Shown piece after piece: positions 9,914-21,254 of a stretch of 64,000 bases of DNA. Where the stretch lies: contig OZ243974.1 of assembly GCA_965214775.1 (NCBI GenBank), positions 768,001-832,000 on the forward strand, in the 5' to 3' direction. Within the stretch, counting starts at the first letter, position 1. Every line of letters starts with the position of its first letter. The notes under the pieces are model-generated. The model was not told the origin of the DNA. It saw only the letters and a program-made list of their open reading frames with translations, and ran no database searches. Source of the DNA: Nitrosopumilus sp. (lineage in GTDB: Archaea > Thermoproteota > Nitrososphaeria > Nitrososphaerales > Nitrosopumilaceae). The position numbers and the translations under genes were made by a program.

Positions 9914-11695
9914 ATGGCAGCGCAAGGCAGAATTGTTTGGGTCAGTGGCCCTGCAGTTAGAGCAGACGGAATGGCTGAAGCAAAAATGTACGAGACAGTC
10001 GTTGTCGGGGATTCTAAACTAGTCGGCGAAGTAATCAGACTGACCGGCGATGTCGCATTTATTCAGGTATACGAGTCAACAAGCGGATTAAAGCCAGGCG
10101 AGCCCGTAATCGGCACAGGCAACCCGCTTAGTGTCATGCTGGGTCCCGGGATTATCGGACAGCTTTATGACGGAATTCAGAGACCGCTAAGAGAACTGTC
10201 AAAGGCATCAGGTTCCTTTATTGGCAGAGGAATTACGACCACCCCTATTGACATGACCAAAAAATACCACTTTGTTCCCACCGTGAGTAACGGTGACAAA
10301 GTTGCTGCGGGAAACGTAATTGGCACCGTTCAAGAAACTGATTTGATTGAGCATCCAATAATGGTTCCGCCGGATCACCAGGGTGGAAAAATCACAAACG
10401 TTGTTTCAGAAGGAGACTATGACTTGGAGACTGAGCTAGCTACAACTGAGAAGGATGATGGGCAGACTGTCTCCCTTAAGATGTATCACAAATGGCCAGT
10501 CAGAAAACCAAGACCGTACAAGAACAGATACGATCCAACCGTGCCGCTTCTTACCGGTCAAAGAATTATCGATACCTTCTTCCCAATTGCAAAAGGGGGA
10601 ACCGGCTCCATTCCAGGGGCGTTTGGTACGGGGAAGACCGTAACGCTGCACCAGATTGCAAAATGGGCAGACTCCCAGGTTGTAGTTTACATCGGTTGCG
10701 GCGAAAGAGGCAACGAAATGACAGAAGTACTAGTCGAATTCCCACATCTCAAGGATCCAAGAAGCGGAAAGCCACTCATGGACAGAACCGTCCTTGTAGC
10801 TAACACCAGCAACATGCCGGTAGCAGCAAGGGAGGCAAGCATCTACACGGGTGTCACAATTGCAGAATATTACAGGGATATGGGCAAGGACGTCGTTCTT
10901 GTAGCTGACTCTACTAGCAGATGGGCCGAAGCGCTAAGAGAAATGAGCGGCAGGCTTGAAGAGATGCCTGCAGAGGAAGGCTATCCGTCATATCTTGCAT
11001 CAAGACTGGCAGAATTTTATGAAAGGGCAGGACGTGTCAGGGCAGCTGGAAGTCCGGATCGCGACGGTTCAGTCACCCTGATTGGCGCCGTATCTCCATC
11101 CGGTGGTGATTTTACAGAACCTGTCACTACTCATACCATGAGATTTATCAAAACTTTCTGGGCTTTGGATGCAAAACTGGCGTACTCTAGACACTATCCA
11201 TCAATAAACTGGATGAACAGTTACTCCGGATATCTTGCAGACATTGCAAAATGGTGGAGTGAGAATATCAGCGAGGAGTGGTTTAACATTAGAAGTGAGA
11301 CATATGGTGTCTTGCAAAGGGAAGACACGCTAAAAGAGATTGTCAGGCTCTTGGGTCCTGAAGCATTGCCAGACGAAGAAAAGTTGATTCTCGAAGTTGC
11401 AAGAATGGTAAAGATTGCTCTGTTACAACAAAACTCGTTTGACGATGTTGATACTTATTGCAGCCCAGAAAAGCAGTTCAGGCTAATGAAACTGTGTGTT
11501 GACTTTTACAAGAAAGGACAGCAGGCGCTCAAAGAGGGCGCGGCATTATCTGACATTCGTGAGCTGGGAGTTGTAAGCAGCTTGCTCAAAGCAAGAATGG
11601 ATGTAAAAGACGATGAAATGCCAAAACTGGATCAGCTAGACAAAGACATGCAAGAACAATTCAAATCAATCTCAGGAGTCAAGGTGCCAAATTGA
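9914..11695 (+). CDS. atpA: A/V-type ATP synthase subunit A
   Basis: GAFGTGKT Walker [20 protein letters not shown]. Confidence 0.98.
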   Translation: MAAQGRIVWVSGPAVRADGMAEAKMYETVVVGDSKLVGEVIRLTGDVAFIQVYESTSGLKPGEPVIGTGNPLSVMLGPGIIGQLYDGIQRPLRELSKASGSFIGRGITTTPIDMTKKYHFVPTVSNGDKVAAGNVIGTVQETDLIEHPIMVPPDHQGGKITNVVSEGDYDLETELATTEKDDGQTVSLKMYHKWPVRKPRPYKNRYDPTVPLLTGQRIIDTFFPIAKGGTGSIPGAFGTGKTVTLHQIAKWADSQVVVYIGCGERGNEMTEVLVEFPHLKDPRSGKPLMDRTVLVANTSNMPVAAREASIYTGVTIAEYYRDMGKDVVLVADSTSRWAEALREMSGRLEEMPAEEGYPSYLASRLAEFYERAGRVRAAGSPDRDGSVTLIGAVSPSGGDFTEPVTTHTMRFIKTFWALDAKLAYSRHYPSINWMNSYSGYLADIAKWWSENISEEWFNIRSETYGVLQREDTLKEIVRLLGPEALPDEEKLILEVARMVKIALLQQNSFDDVDTYCSPEKQFRLMKLCVDFYKKGQQALKEGAALSDIRELGVVSSLLKARMDVKDDEMPKLDQLDKDMQEQFKSISGVKVPN

Positions 11696-13083
11696 GCGCT
11701 GAGGGCGGGGGGGTTCAATACAGCAAGATTGCCGAAATCAAAGGCCCTCTGGTAATAGTAGATGATGTGTCAAATGCGGCATTTGACGAACTAGTCGAGA
11801 TTGAAACCAGTGATGGCGAAAGAAGGCTTGGCAAAGTTCTCGAGGTAGGAAACGGCAAGGCAATCGTCCAGGTCTTTGAAGGAACTACCGGACTGTCAAT
11901 TTCTGGGACAAATGCAAAGTTTGTCGGAAAAGTCATGGAAATGCCAGTATCAAAAGAGGTGCTTGGCAGGGTTTTTGACGGATTGGGAAGGCCAAAAGAC
12001 GGGCTGCCAGATCCGATTGCCGACAAGTTTATCGACATCAACGGCGAGCCGATGAACCCAGAACAGCGCGAATACCCAAAGGATTTCATCCAAACCGGCG
12101 TATCTGTGATTGACGGACTGATGACCCTAGTCAGAGGGCAAAAACTGCCAATCTTTTCAGGCTCTGGCATGTCTCACAACTTGCTGGCAGCACAAATTGC
12201 AAGACAGGCAAGTGTTGTTGGAACTGATGATGATGACTTTGCCGTAGTCTTTGCGGCAATTGGGGTTCAATACAGCGAGGCAGAATATTTCAGAAGAAGT
12301 CTTGAAGAGTCCGGTGCACTCAAGAGAAGCGTCCTATTCCTAAACACGGCAGATGATCCTGCAATTGAAAGAATCATTACTCCTCGCGTAGCATTGACAG
12401 TAGCAGAATATTTGGCATTTGAGCTAGGGATGCACGTTCTTGTAGTAATTACCGATATGACAAACTATGCAGAGGCGCTAAGAGAAATCAGTGCGGCAAG
12501 GGAAGAAGTTCCAGGAAGAAAAGGATATCCCGGTTATCTTTACACTGACCTATCGACACTTTATGAAAGAGCAGGAAAGTTAAATGGCAAGAAAGGAAGT
12601 GTTACACAAGTACCGATTCTCTCGATGCCCTCTGACGATATCACCCACCCAATTCCAGACCTTACAGGCTATATTACCGAGGGCCAAATTGTAGTTGGCA
12701 GGGACTTGTTCAGACAGGGGGTTTATCCGCCAATCAACATTTTGATGAGTCTCAGCAGGCTGATGAAAGACGGAATTGGCAAGGGGAGTACCAGAGAGGA
12801 TCACGGTGAGATCTCCAACCAGGTCTATGACGCGTATTCCAGAGCACAGGAGGTCAGGGCACTGGCCGGCATCGTTGGCAAGGCAGGTCTTACCGAAATT
12901 GATCTAAAATACCTGGATCTTGGCGATACGTTTGAGAAGGAATTCCTTGCACAGGCAACTGATGAAAACAGAACTATCGAAGAGACGCTAGCCTTGATGT
13001 GGAAGATTGTCTCAAAACTGCCAAAGAGCGAGATTACAAAAATCAAAGACAAGTACGTAGAACAACATTACAAGGAAGAGTGA
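11692..13083 (+). CDS. atpB: A/V-type ATP synthase subunit B
   Basis: [42 protein letters not shown]. Confidence 0.98.
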   Translation: MSAEGGGVQYSKIAEIKGPLVIVDDVSNAAFDELVEIETSDGERRLGKVLEVGNGKAIVQVFEGTTGLSISGTNAKFVGKVMEMPVSKEVLGRVFDGLGRPKDGLPDPIADKFIDINGEPMNPEQREYPKDFIQTGVSVIDGLMTLVRGQKLPIFSGSGMSHNLLAAQIARQASVVGTDDDDFAVVFAAIGVQYSEAEYFRRSLEESGALKRSVLFLNTADDPAIERIITPRVALTVAEYLAFELGMHVLVVITDMTNYAEALREISAAREEVPGRKGYPGYLYTDLSTLYERAGKLNGKKGSVTQVPILSMPSDDITHPIPDLTGYITEGQIVVGRDLFRQGVYPPINILMSLSRLMKDGIGKGSTREDHGEISNQVYDAYSRAQEVRALAGIVGKAGLTEIDLKYLDLGDTFEKEFLAQATDENRTIEETLALMWKIVSKLPKSEITKIKDKYVEQHYKEE

Positions 13084-13087
13084 CTCA

Positions 13088-13720
13088 ATGTCGTTTGGGC
13101 AAAATGTTGCAGCAACAAAGATCGAACTCTTCAAGTACAAAAAATCCAGCCAGATCGCCGTAATGGTACAACAAATCTTAGATGACAAGCGCAAGATCCT
13201 CTTAAAAAACATCGAAGAAATGATTCAGGAAGCCTCCAAGGCAAGAGGAGGAATATGGGATCCCTTGCAAGACATCTACAAATCAGTCAACGAGGCATAC
13301 CTTGCATTAGGAACAAGCACTGTTGATTCTGTTGCAGAATCCACTCCCCCGGTCATGGAAGTAGATGTCAACGTACGGAGAGTAGTGGATGTAAAAATTC
13401 AGGCACTGACTGTGACTGAAAAGGATGCAAAATCAATGCCTTACGGATTTGCCGATACAAACTCCTCGATTGACAGGGCGTCAAAACAAATCAAAGAACT
13501 GCTGCCAAAAATTTGCAAGGCCGCAGAGTATGAAAATTCTATTTTCAGCCTTGCAAAAGCATTAGAAAAGACCCAAAAGCTGCTAAATGCGTTAGAAAAC
13601 GTCATTATTCCCCAGTACAAGGACAACATTCGATTCATTCTTGCCACTCTTGAAGAGCGTGAAAGGGAGGAGTTCGCAAAGTTAAAAAAAGTGAAAGAAA
13701 AGATGGAAAGTGAAAACTGA
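13088..13720 (+). CDS. atpD: A/V-type ATP synthase subunit D
   Basis: NALENVIIP and LEEREREEF motifs. Confidence 0.95.
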   Translation: MSFGQNVAATKIELFKYKKSSQIAVMVQQILDDKRKILLKNIEEMIQEASKARGGIWDPLQDIYKSVNEAYLALGTSTVDSVAESTPPVMEVDVNVRRVVDVKIQALTVTEKDAKSMPYGFADTNSSIDRASKQIKELLPKICKAAEYENSIFSLAKALEKTQKLLNALENVIIPQYKDNIRFILATLEEREREEFAKLKKVKEKMESEN

Positions 13721-13854
13721 TGGGAGGAAAAGAGGAAATAAAAAAATTGGTTGAAAATTCTAAAAAAGTAATCCTGCAGGATCACGACAACTTTTCCAAA
13801 TCAATCAAAGATGATTTGTCATCTTTCAAAAACAAAACCCTGGATCGAATCTGA
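13720..13854 (+). CDS. 44-aa charged helical protein between atpD and atpK (not in ORF track)
   Basis: TGATG stop/start overlap with atpD; MGGKEEIKKLVENSKKVILQDHDNFSKSIKDDLSSFKNKTLDRI. Confidence 0.65.
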   Translation: MGGKEEIKKLVENSKKVILQDHDNFSKSIKDDLSSFKNKTLDRI

Positions 13855-13873
13855 CGGTTTGTCATCATCATGA

Positions 13874-13881
13874 TTTAAATA
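13874..13881 (+). promoter_or_regulatory. Internal TATA box for atpK
   Basis: TTTAAATA 27 nt before the atpK ATG. Confidence 0.5.
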
Positions 13882-13908
13882 TGGAACTAAAGGGGACGAG
13901 ATCATAAA

Positions 13909-14220
13909 ATGAAACCTATCGTCTTGCTACTTTTGGCAGCCTCGGTAATATCCGTTTTAGGATCCACCGGACTTGCGTACGCAGCAGAAGAAGATGGTGC
14001 GGCAGGAAGCTCTGACTCGCTGAAAATTCTCGGTGCAGGTTTGGCCTTCGGTCTTGCAGCTTTTGGTGCCGGCATAGGTTTAGGCCAAGTAGGTGCAGCC
14101 GGTCTTGCCGTAATTAGCGAGAATCCAGCCTTACAGTCAAAAGTATTCATCTTCGTAGGAATGGTCGAATCAATCGCCATCTACGGCATAGTAATGATGT
14201 TCATCATCCTGGGACAATAG
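13909..14220 (+). CDS. atpK: ATP synthase proteolipid subunit K/c with signal peptide
   Basis: GAGIGLG..GAAGLAVISENP..GMVESIAIYG single hairpin with essential Glu. Confidence 0.95.
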   Translation: MKPIVLLLLAASVISVLGSTGLAYAAEEDGAAGSSDSLKILGAGLAFGLAAFGAGIGLGQVGAAGLAVISENPALQSKVFIFVGMVESIAIYGIVMMFIILGQ

Positions 14221-14266
14221 GCCCAGCATAGCAGTAATATGCCACTTTTTCAGTTTTTTAAAAGAT

Positions 14267-14728
14267 CTAGTTGTATTTTAGCTTGTTAACATCCAATATT
14301 CGCCCGCAGTATCTGCACTTGAGAACCCTTCCTTCTTTGTCAACCACGTCCATTACCGGTTCTATGTGTTCTGTGCTGTTTGTAATGCAATCGGGATTGG
14401 AGCACTGGAAAATTCTGTCGATCTCGTTTGGAAGTGAGACTCTTCTTTTTTCGACTAACTTGTAGTCTCTTATCATGTTGATTGTGGCCTTTGGGGCGAT
14501 CAATGCAAGCTTGTTTGTGTCATCGTCTTTGAGAAACTTGTTTTCAACTTTGATAATGTCCTTTTTCTTGAATTTTCCGCTTGGAACGTTCAGGGCAATT
14601 GTAATCAGGCTTCCATCCCCCCCGTCAATTCTCAAGGCTCCAAGGACTTTGAGGCCTCTGCCCTCGTCAATATGGTCAATCACGGTGCCCTCTTTGATTC
14701 GTCGAACCGTAAGTTCAGACTGTTCCAT
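14267..14728 (-). CDS. pyrI: Aspartate carbamoyltransferase regulatory chain
   Basis: IKEGTVIDHI, CSNPDCITN, CRYCG. Confidence 0.97.
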   Translation of the reverse strand: MEQSELTVRRIKEGTVIDHIDEGRGLKVLGALRIDGGDGSLITIALNVPSGKFKKKDIIKVENKFLKDDDTNKLALIAPKATINMIRDYKLVEKRRVSLPNEIDRIFQCSNPDCITNSTEHIEPVMDVVDKEGRVLKCRYCGRILDVNKLKYN

Positions 14729-14768
14729 CAGAATACTTTGTATAGTGACCTGTATATATTATTGAAAG

Positions 14769-15698
14769 ATGAACGAGTTCTACAAGAAAGACATCATATC
14801 AATCAAGGATCTTGGCAGGGATCAGCTTGAGAAGATCTTTGCCTCTACGGACAAAATCATACAGATGAGTCCTGCTCAACGAAGGGAAATTTGCAAAGGG
14901 AATACCTTGGGCTACTTGTTCTATGAACCAAGCACCAGGACCCGTCTTAGCTTTGATTCTGCAATGGCATCAGTAGGCGGAAATTCGCTGGGAATAGCAG
15001 ATGTCTCTTCATCATCAACTCAAAAAGGGGAGAGTCTTGCCGATACCGTAAAAATTATGTCAATTTATTCAGACGTTCTTGTTTTACGCCATACCCTTGA
15101 CGGGTCTAGTCGGTTTGCGGCTGAAGTTTCTGAAAAACCCGTAATCAATGCAGGTAGCGGAACTGAAGAGCATCCCACTCAGGCAATTCAGGATTTGTTT
15201 ACCATAAAGAAAGAAAAGAGGAAGATTGACGGATTGAAGGTCGGAATTGTCGGTGATCTGAAATACGGCCGCACTGTTTACTCTTTGCTGTACGGACTGG
15301 GAAACTATGACGTTGATGTCAGACTGATTTCTCCTGAATCGCTTAGAATAAGGTCTGATTCAGTTTATGAAATAAAGAGGAAGCTAGATTTTACAGAAGC
15401 CACGGACATCGAAGACCATATTGATGACCTGGACGTTTTGTATGTGACAAGAATTCAAAAGGAGAGGTTCCCTGACGAGGAGGAATATCTCAAGGTAAAA
15501 GGAAGCTATGTTGTCGGATTAGATTTGCTCAAACAAATGAAAGACGATTCAATCATCATGCACCCTCTTCCAAGAATAGATGAGATTTCAGCCGATATTG
15601 ATTCGACTCAAAACGCAAAATATTTCCAGCAGGCCGAGCATGGGAAGCACACAAGGGCAGCCTTGTTGGGCCTTACACTAAATGAGAACGGGTTCTAA
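14769..15698 (+). CDS. pyrB: Aspartate carbamoyltransferase catalytic chain
   Basis: FYEPSTRTRLSF, HPTQ, GDLKYGRTV, MHPLPR. Confidence 0.98.
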   Translation: MNEFYKKDIISIKDLGRDQLEKIFASTDKIIQMSPAQRREICKGNTLGYLFYEPSTRTRLSFDSAMASVGGNSLGIADVSSSSTQKGESLADTVKIMSIYSDVLVLRHTLDGSSRFAAEVSEKPVINAGSGTEEHPTQAIQDLFTIKKEKRKIDGLKVGIVGDLKYGRTVYSLLYGLGNYDVDVRLISPESLRIRSDSVYEIKRKLDFTEATDIEDHIDDLDVLYVTRIQKERFPDEEEYLKVKGSYVVGLDLLKQMKDDSIIMHPLPRIDEISADIDSTQNAKYFQQAEHGKHTRAALLGLTLNENGF

Positions 15699-15737
15699 TC
15701 CGTATTCCATATATCTAGAGACATTTCACTGAATCTG

Positions 15738-16448
15738 ATGACCCAAGGCAGAGTAATTCCAATCTTTCCACTTGACCTAGTTTTGTTTCCAAGACAAGAG
15801 CTGCCTCTGAGAATCTTTGAGCCCAGATACAAGCAACTAGTCGATGATTGCATGCTCGGTGATGGGCTGTTTGGCGTTTGTCTTATTGACAAGACCAGTT
15901 CCGTAAAGGGCTGGAATGCACCAAAGATGATCGGGACGATTGCAAAAATTACCAAATGCAGGGATGTTGGGTTGGACGGTCTTCAGCTACACATCGAGAC
16001 TGTTGGAAGGAACTCGTTTAAAATTAAAAGAATTATCGAGCCTGCAATTTCGCAGCCCGCTAATTATGATCCTTTATCTGCAGAAGGCCACTCTCAAGTT
16101 TCGGAACTGCATGAAAAGGTTGGAATCGACGAAAAAATGTACATTCGGGCTGAGGTTCAAATGATTCGTGAGATTGATCAAAGCGTTTCGCTTGGGAAAT
16201 GGCAAAGCCTTGTTGGGCTGTGGAAGAAGAAAATCGTCCAACAGGCCCTGCCTAAAGTTGTTGAGCCTCGTACGTTGGATCATGTCTTACAGCAGTACTA
16301 TCTTGCCACAGAGACTCCTACAATTGATTACATCTACTCCCTTTCTGCATTAGGCGCAAAGGATCCCAACGATTTACAGCCACTGCTAGAAGCAGCCAAC
16401 ATGGAGGAATTGCTTCAAAGAGTAGAGGAATTGCTGACAATAAAATAG
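15738..16448 (+). CDS. LON peptidase N-terminal (substrate-binding) domain protein
   Basis: IPIFPL..VLFP..LPLRIFEPRYKQLV. Confidence 0.88.
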   Translation: MTQGRVIPIFPLDLVLFPRQELPLRIFEPRYKQLVDDCMLGDGLFGVCLIDKTSSVKGWNAPKMIGTIAKITKCRDVGLDGLQLHIETVGRNSFKIKRIIEPAISQPANYDPLSAEGHSQVSELHEKVGIDEKMYIRAEVQMIREIDQSVSLGKWQSLVGLWKKKIVQQALPKVVEPRTLDHVLQQYYLATETPTIDYIYSLSALGAKDPNDLQPLLEAANMEELLQRVEELLTIK

Positions 16449-16466
16449 CGGGATCATGGAATTGTT

Positions 16467-18242
16467 ATGATGATGATGATGAGGAGGATGTCTTACAAAC
16501 AACAACTGGCAATTCTGTTGCTTGTTGCTGTTGCAGCAGTGCTTTTACCTGCAAATAGTGCGTATGGCCACGGGCTTGGTTTAGATAAAATCTCATCAAT
16601 TGATATTCAAGGAAAAGAAATTTCTATTTCTGTTGAAATGCCATTAAGTTTTAAAAACGGGGGGGATCAGATTACCATAACTGCAACAGAAGATCAAACC
16701 GGACAAAACGCCAAAAACGTGACATTTCTAATTGGCTTGTTTCATGACAATACAATGGTTTTCAGAAATTACTTTTTTGCAGAAAATGGCGTCTTGCCGC
16801 TCCAGATTTCATCTCAAACAGAGCACGATGGTTTTACAATAAACGGCAGACAAGATTCGCTCCTTGGAGCCTATCACGGAACCGAATCTTCTCCAATTGA
16901 GGTCGCAGGACCAGTTTTTGAGGAGGGTGGGCTATACACGTTTGAGATTGAAGTAAGAGGCATTGATGAGCCCACAAACATCATCGAAGATTCCGGCATT
17001 CATGTTGCTGACTTGAGCGTAGCAAGCACTTCATCTTACGTTGAGAAGGATTCTGAGGATAACGACGTTGAATTTAGAATGAAATCCTATTTTGATAAAA
17101 TTTCAACTTTTGATTATAACCCTGAAACAAAGTTAGCAACCTTTGAGATGCCGTTTGATTGGAGTGAAAGTAAGATGTCACACATTCCAGTTGTTCACGA
17201 AGAAGTGCATTTTCCAAAGGATTTTGTCGAATTCCTGTCTCCAAGCTATACCGGACATGCAAACGGAATCGAGCTGTTCAGAGACTCGGTAACTATCGAT
17301 GATTATACGGAAGATGATGAAAGAATTGTTCATTTTGTCTTGTTGCAAGATCATTTGAGAATCATCAAAAACGAGATGAAAAAGTCAGGAGAGCCGCTGC
17401 CAGAAAACATTGTTTTCACATTAGCTACAAATGAAAAAGCGTCCTTTCCGCTGATTGCATATACCAAAAGTGAAGATTTCCAGATAAATCTCGCATGGGA
17501 TCCAGTTGGGGTCGTCCCAGGAGAAAATACCAATTTTGTATTTACCGTTCGTGACGGATCAACCGGAGAGCCGCTTCGAAACTCCGAATACACGTTTGTC
17601 ATTCTTCAGCATGGTCAGGAAATTCACAGGGTGTCAGGTATTGCGCAAGTAGGCGGAGAGTTTGAAAAATTCACTTTTGATCCAACCCAAACAGGCCCTA
17701 CAATCATCAAGTTTGAAAATATTAGAGGCACGGGACAAGAAACCGAATTTGGAATTGTGATTGCAGCAACTGCCTTGTCAAATAATTCTACAGATACAGT
17801 CAGTCACGCTTCAGAAACCGTTGCTGTTGCTGCTGCCAGAGGGGAGAACAATACAACTGACGATAAGGGAGGAGGAGGCTGTCTTATTGCAACTGCTGCA
17901 TACGGTACTGAGCTAGCTTTTCAGGTACAGTTCTTGAGAGAAATCAGAGACAACGCAGTGATGGGTACAACTTCAGGAATGGCATTCATGACCGGCTTTA
18001 ACCAATTGTACTATTCATTCTCACCAACAATTGCCGACTGGCAAAGAGAAAACCCAGTGTTTCAGGACGCAGTAAGAGCGTTTATCACTCCAATGGTGTC
18101 CACTCTGTCAATTATGACGCTAGCGGGCAGTGGTTCAGAAGCCGAAATATTTGGATTGGGAATCTCTGTTATTGCATTGAATCTTGGAATGTATGTTGCA
18201 GCACCAGCAGTCGCTTTCTGGCAAATAAAAAAACTGTTTTAG
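16467..18242 (+). CDS. Exported surface protein with CFI-box-CTERM anchor
   Basis: Signal peptide ending AYG|HGLG; GGGCLIATAAYGTELA..LREIRD..FNQLYYSFSP anchor; paralog of 57128 and 59091. Confidence 0.85.
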   Translation: MMMMMRRMSYKQQLAILLLVAVAAVLLPANSAYGHGLGLDKISSIDIQGKEISISVEMPLSFKNGGDQITITATEDQTGQNAKNVTFLIGLFHDNTMVFRNYFFAENGVLPLQISSQTEHDGFTINGRQDSLLGAYHGTESSPIEVAGPVFEEGGLYTFEIEVRGIDEPTNIIEDSGIHVADLSVASTSSYVEKDSEDNDVEFRMKSYFDKISTFDYNPETKLATFEMPFDWSESKMSHIPVVHEEVHFPKDFVEFLSPSYTGHANGIELFRDSVTIDDYTEDDERIVHFVLLQDHLRIIKNEMKKSGEPLPENIVFTLATNEKASFPLIAYTKSEDFQINLAWDPVGVVPGENTNFVFTVRDGSTGEPLRNSEYTFVILQHGQEIHRVSGIAQVGGEFEKFTFDPTQTGPTIIKFENIRGTGQETEFGIVIAATALSNNSTDTVSHASETVAVAAARGENNTTDDKGGGGCLIATAAYGTELAFQVQFLREIRDNAVMGTTSGMAFMTGFNQLYYSFSPTIADWQRENPVFQDAVRAFITPMVSTLSIMTLAGSGSEAEIFGLGISVIALNLGMYVAAPAVAFWQIKKLF

Positions 18243-18519
18243 AAACAAGCACTGTTCTCAAGATGTACGCCCCGAAGAGGGAATCACGCAAGAAGAGTTT
18301 CTTGCAGAAATATTTTTCCCATGGTTCTGTGCAATCTTCTATTGTATGAAAAGTCGGTCCGCCTAGGATCAGGAGGACAATAGCGGACTATTTTAGGCTG
18401 TACCGATCACGAAAAACCATGAAAAAAATACTAGCAGTGCCAACATCAAAAAATGGAATATGATTTTGACACATCGTGCCTATTTTGCCAAAGAAATATT
18501 CCATTTTCAACTGCACGCA

Positions 18520-18696
18520 CTATGCAAAGCTCGTAGAGTAGATGTAGATCCTGCTTCCTATGACCTCGCCCTCCTTTGCAGAGTCGGCCCTTGGGATCCA
18601 CAGGACCTCAAGGTCTGCGTTTGCGCCGCTTTCCTTCTTCAGCCTGTCAAGCTCCTCTCTGAGCGATTCCCTGAGTAAGGCTGCTTTGTCTTCCAT
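18520..18696 (-). pseudogene. Truncated 58-aa ORF, possibly N-terminal half of a small zincin-like protein
   Basis: MEDKAALLRESLREELDRLKKESGANADLEVLWIPRADSAKEGEVIGSRIYIYSTSFA*; stops where a HExx helix would be expected (inference). Confidence 0.35.
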
Positions 18697-18909
18697 TTGC
18701 CTACAAGGGACTGCTTTGTTAAAAGTAAGGACGTGGCTTGGAAAAGGCAGACGTGACGATTGGCTGCATCCGATACCCTGGAAGTTCAGTAGTGCATTCC
18801 CGGTTTTTCAAGGCGACCTGGCTCAAATCAACTGCGAACTGACAGGCGCTCGCCAATTCATCAGAACCCCGCATGTGGATCCGGCAGATCACAAGTCCGT
18901 TCAGGTGGG

Positions 18910-18953
18910 GTACCTGTTCGATGTACCTGTTCGATGTACCTGTTCGATGTACC
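18910..18953. repeat. Tandem repeat, 13-bp unit GTACCTGTTCGAT x3 plus GTACC
   Basis: Perfect copies at 18910, 18923, 18936 and partial at 18949. Confidence 0.9.
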
Positions 18954-19046
18954 GTATGTGGTCACGTCCCCTTGCTAGCTAGGCACGAAGATTACAATCA
19001 TTCATGCTAATTTGTGCCTGACTGATGGGGGTAGGTGACCTCGTAC
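18954..19046. mobile_element. 93-bp GTA..TAC MITE (family A), copy 1
   Basis: Imperfect TIR GTATGTGGTCAC / GTGACCTCGTAC with internal hairpin; near-identical copy at 51140-51232. Confidence 0.8.
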
Positions 19047-19105
19047 TACAATTCTGTTGACCATATTCTTCATTATTCTTCACTCTCGAATGAAAAAACC
19101 AAATT

Positions 19106-19312
19106 GTGATCAAAACCATGTTCAAATTCATACAGAAAAAAAATGAAAAGACTGATTATATCGTTGGTGGCGATTGGTCAGAATTGAAAAAAACCTGGGA
19201 TAAATACAACAAAGCAGTTGAGGATCAAAATACTGAGAAAATTGAACAGTTCGCAAACAAAATTAGTCGTTTACAAGAAAAATTAGGAATACCAAAAACT
19301 GATTTTTCTTAA
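19106..19312 (+). CDS. Small hypothetical protein (AT-rich)
   Basis: 68-aa helical ORF in low-GC segment. Confidence 0.55.
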   Translation: MIKTMFKFIQKKNEKTDYIVGGDWSELKKTWDKYNKAVEDQNTEKIEQFANKISRLQEKLGIPKTDFS

Positions 19313-19326
19313 TATTCTCTAATTTC

Positions 19327-20099
19327 TTATTTTGTTCTTAGCCATTCTTCAAATTCTCTAACTGATTTTTTTGGGATTTCAGTTGCAACTTTTACTGGAA
19401 ATCCAAATTTTTGTTTCATAAATTTAGTAAATGTTTCAAATCCCAACGGATACATCTGAATTTTAAACTGCCATAGAAATCCCCCGCTATCTTCTATTTT
19501 TTGTTTATACGGATTTAACCATCTACATGCAAATATTGGAGTTATTTTCAATTCTTTACATAAATTCAGTTTGATGCCCAATTCTGTGTTGTCCATTATG
19601 TCTAACTCATTCTTTACTTCAACACCAATTACAAGATCTTTTTCTTTGTGTTCTGCAAGTAAATCAATGGTATTGTTGATTCCTTCTAATTTTCGCCCCT
19701 TGTACGAATTTACATTGTATTCATCTGTTATTTCAAAACCTTGTACTCTAAGCTCATATTTTACTAAAGCATGTAGATGTTTTCCTAAAATGTTTGTTAA
19801 TTTCTGATTAGAATATTTGTCAATATGCTTGGCAGTTCTCTTTATCTTTGCCATAATTTTTTCTTCATCATTATAATTTGAAATAATTTTTTTTGGAAAA
19901 TAAAATAAAATTTTTGTCCCATATTTTGTTTTTATTTCCATTGAACTTAGAATACCTTCTCTCTCTAATTTTTTGAGTGTATCAGTTACTTTCCATGGAG
20001 GATACTTGTCTTCCCATTTTCTCTGAATTACTGAGGTAGGAATAGGTGTGAGATTAGGACGGTTATAATAATTAAAGAAGAACTTTCTTATTTTCTCCT
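19327..20099 (-). pseudogene. wHTH + PD-(D/E)XK restriction-like nuclease, 5' end cut by IS481
   Basis: IDLLAEH..IGVEVKN motif; frame stays open 53 codons upstream of ATG 19941 right up to the IS end at 20100. Confidence 0.7.
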
Positions 20100-21254
20100 T
20101 GTGGGATCCAGAAAGTAGTTCGCCCCCCCCCCTTATTTGACATCATACTCCTCTCCTGTCTGCCCGTCAATAACGGTTTCCCCCTCCTTGGGCATCTTTC
20201 TGAGAAATGCCTGTGCGGGCGTCTCCTGGTTGTCCCAGTCCAGCGACCTGTGGGGCCTGTCATGATTGTACCACTGCATGAACAGGTCTATCGGGTCGCT
20301 TTTTCTCATCATGATCTCCTCGAACTCGTGCAGCTTGCGCTGGATCTCCCCGTGGAGGCGCTCGACCTTTCCGTTGGTCTGGGGTCGTCCCACGCCTGCC
20401 AGGATCTGCCGTATTCCCAGTTCTGTCAGTTTCTTTTCAAACTCGCCTTCGCCCCTCTTTTTTGCCGTCTCTTTCTCGTTGGCATAGAACTGGCTGCCGT
20501 GGTCTGTCATGATCGAGGCCGGCTTGCCGTGCTTTTCTATTGCCGTCTCAAGCACTGCCAGGGCGTTTTTGGTCGTGGCATTATCAAAGATGCCATATCC
20601 GGTCACAAACCTGGAGGCATCGTCCTCGTAGCACAGGAACCATCTGCCGTCGTGCATTCCGCCGTGGATCTGCTTCCAGTCTGTATGCCACAGCGAGTTT
20701 GAGTGATCGCGCTCGTATCGGACCCACCTGTACCTTGTACCCTTGCTGGGCTGCGCCTCTGCCATCTCCTCGTCCCTCAGTATCTTGTGTATGATGCCGT
20801 GCGGGATATGGATTCCGGTCTGATTCGCTATGCGCTGCTGCAGTCCGGCAGCCCCCATGTGCTCTGCATGTCTGGCAGACATGACTGCAGAGTGCTCCCT
20901 GCGTCCGGGCAGACCGTTCTGGGGCCTTCCCATTGGCGCAGGATGCGATATCTCGCTTGCCGCAGGGCAGCCTTTGTGCCTGGCCCACAGCTTCTGGACC
21001 CACCGTACTGTCACGTCCATGGTTCCGGCTATCTGGGCGCAGGTAAGCTCGCCCTTTTTCTTTTCTTTCACTATCCATTGTACTTGGCTTTTCTCTAGCT
21101 TCATGCCGTTTGGGTGCTCAAGACTCACGTATTTACGGAGCTTTCGTCGCCAGACCCACACACCTGTACTTCCAGTGTGGGTCAGGCTTGCACATCTGCT
21201 CCTGACCGACTTTACACACTCGGAGAAGGGGTGAACTACTTTTTGGACTATACA
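20100..21254 (-). mobile_element. IS481-family element
   Basis: TGT..ACA ends with TIR TGTGGGATCCAGAAAGTAGTTC / GAACTACTTTTTGGACTATACA. Confidence 0.85.
20133..21105 (-). CDS. IS481-family transposase (rve integrase core); start approximate
   Basis: WHTDWK, DDASRF, TDHGSQF and PQTNGKVER DDE motifs. Confidence 0.9.

Noticed and set aside
18910-18953. Mini CRISPR array
   Set aside because: Units are 13 bp and contiguous, with no spacers
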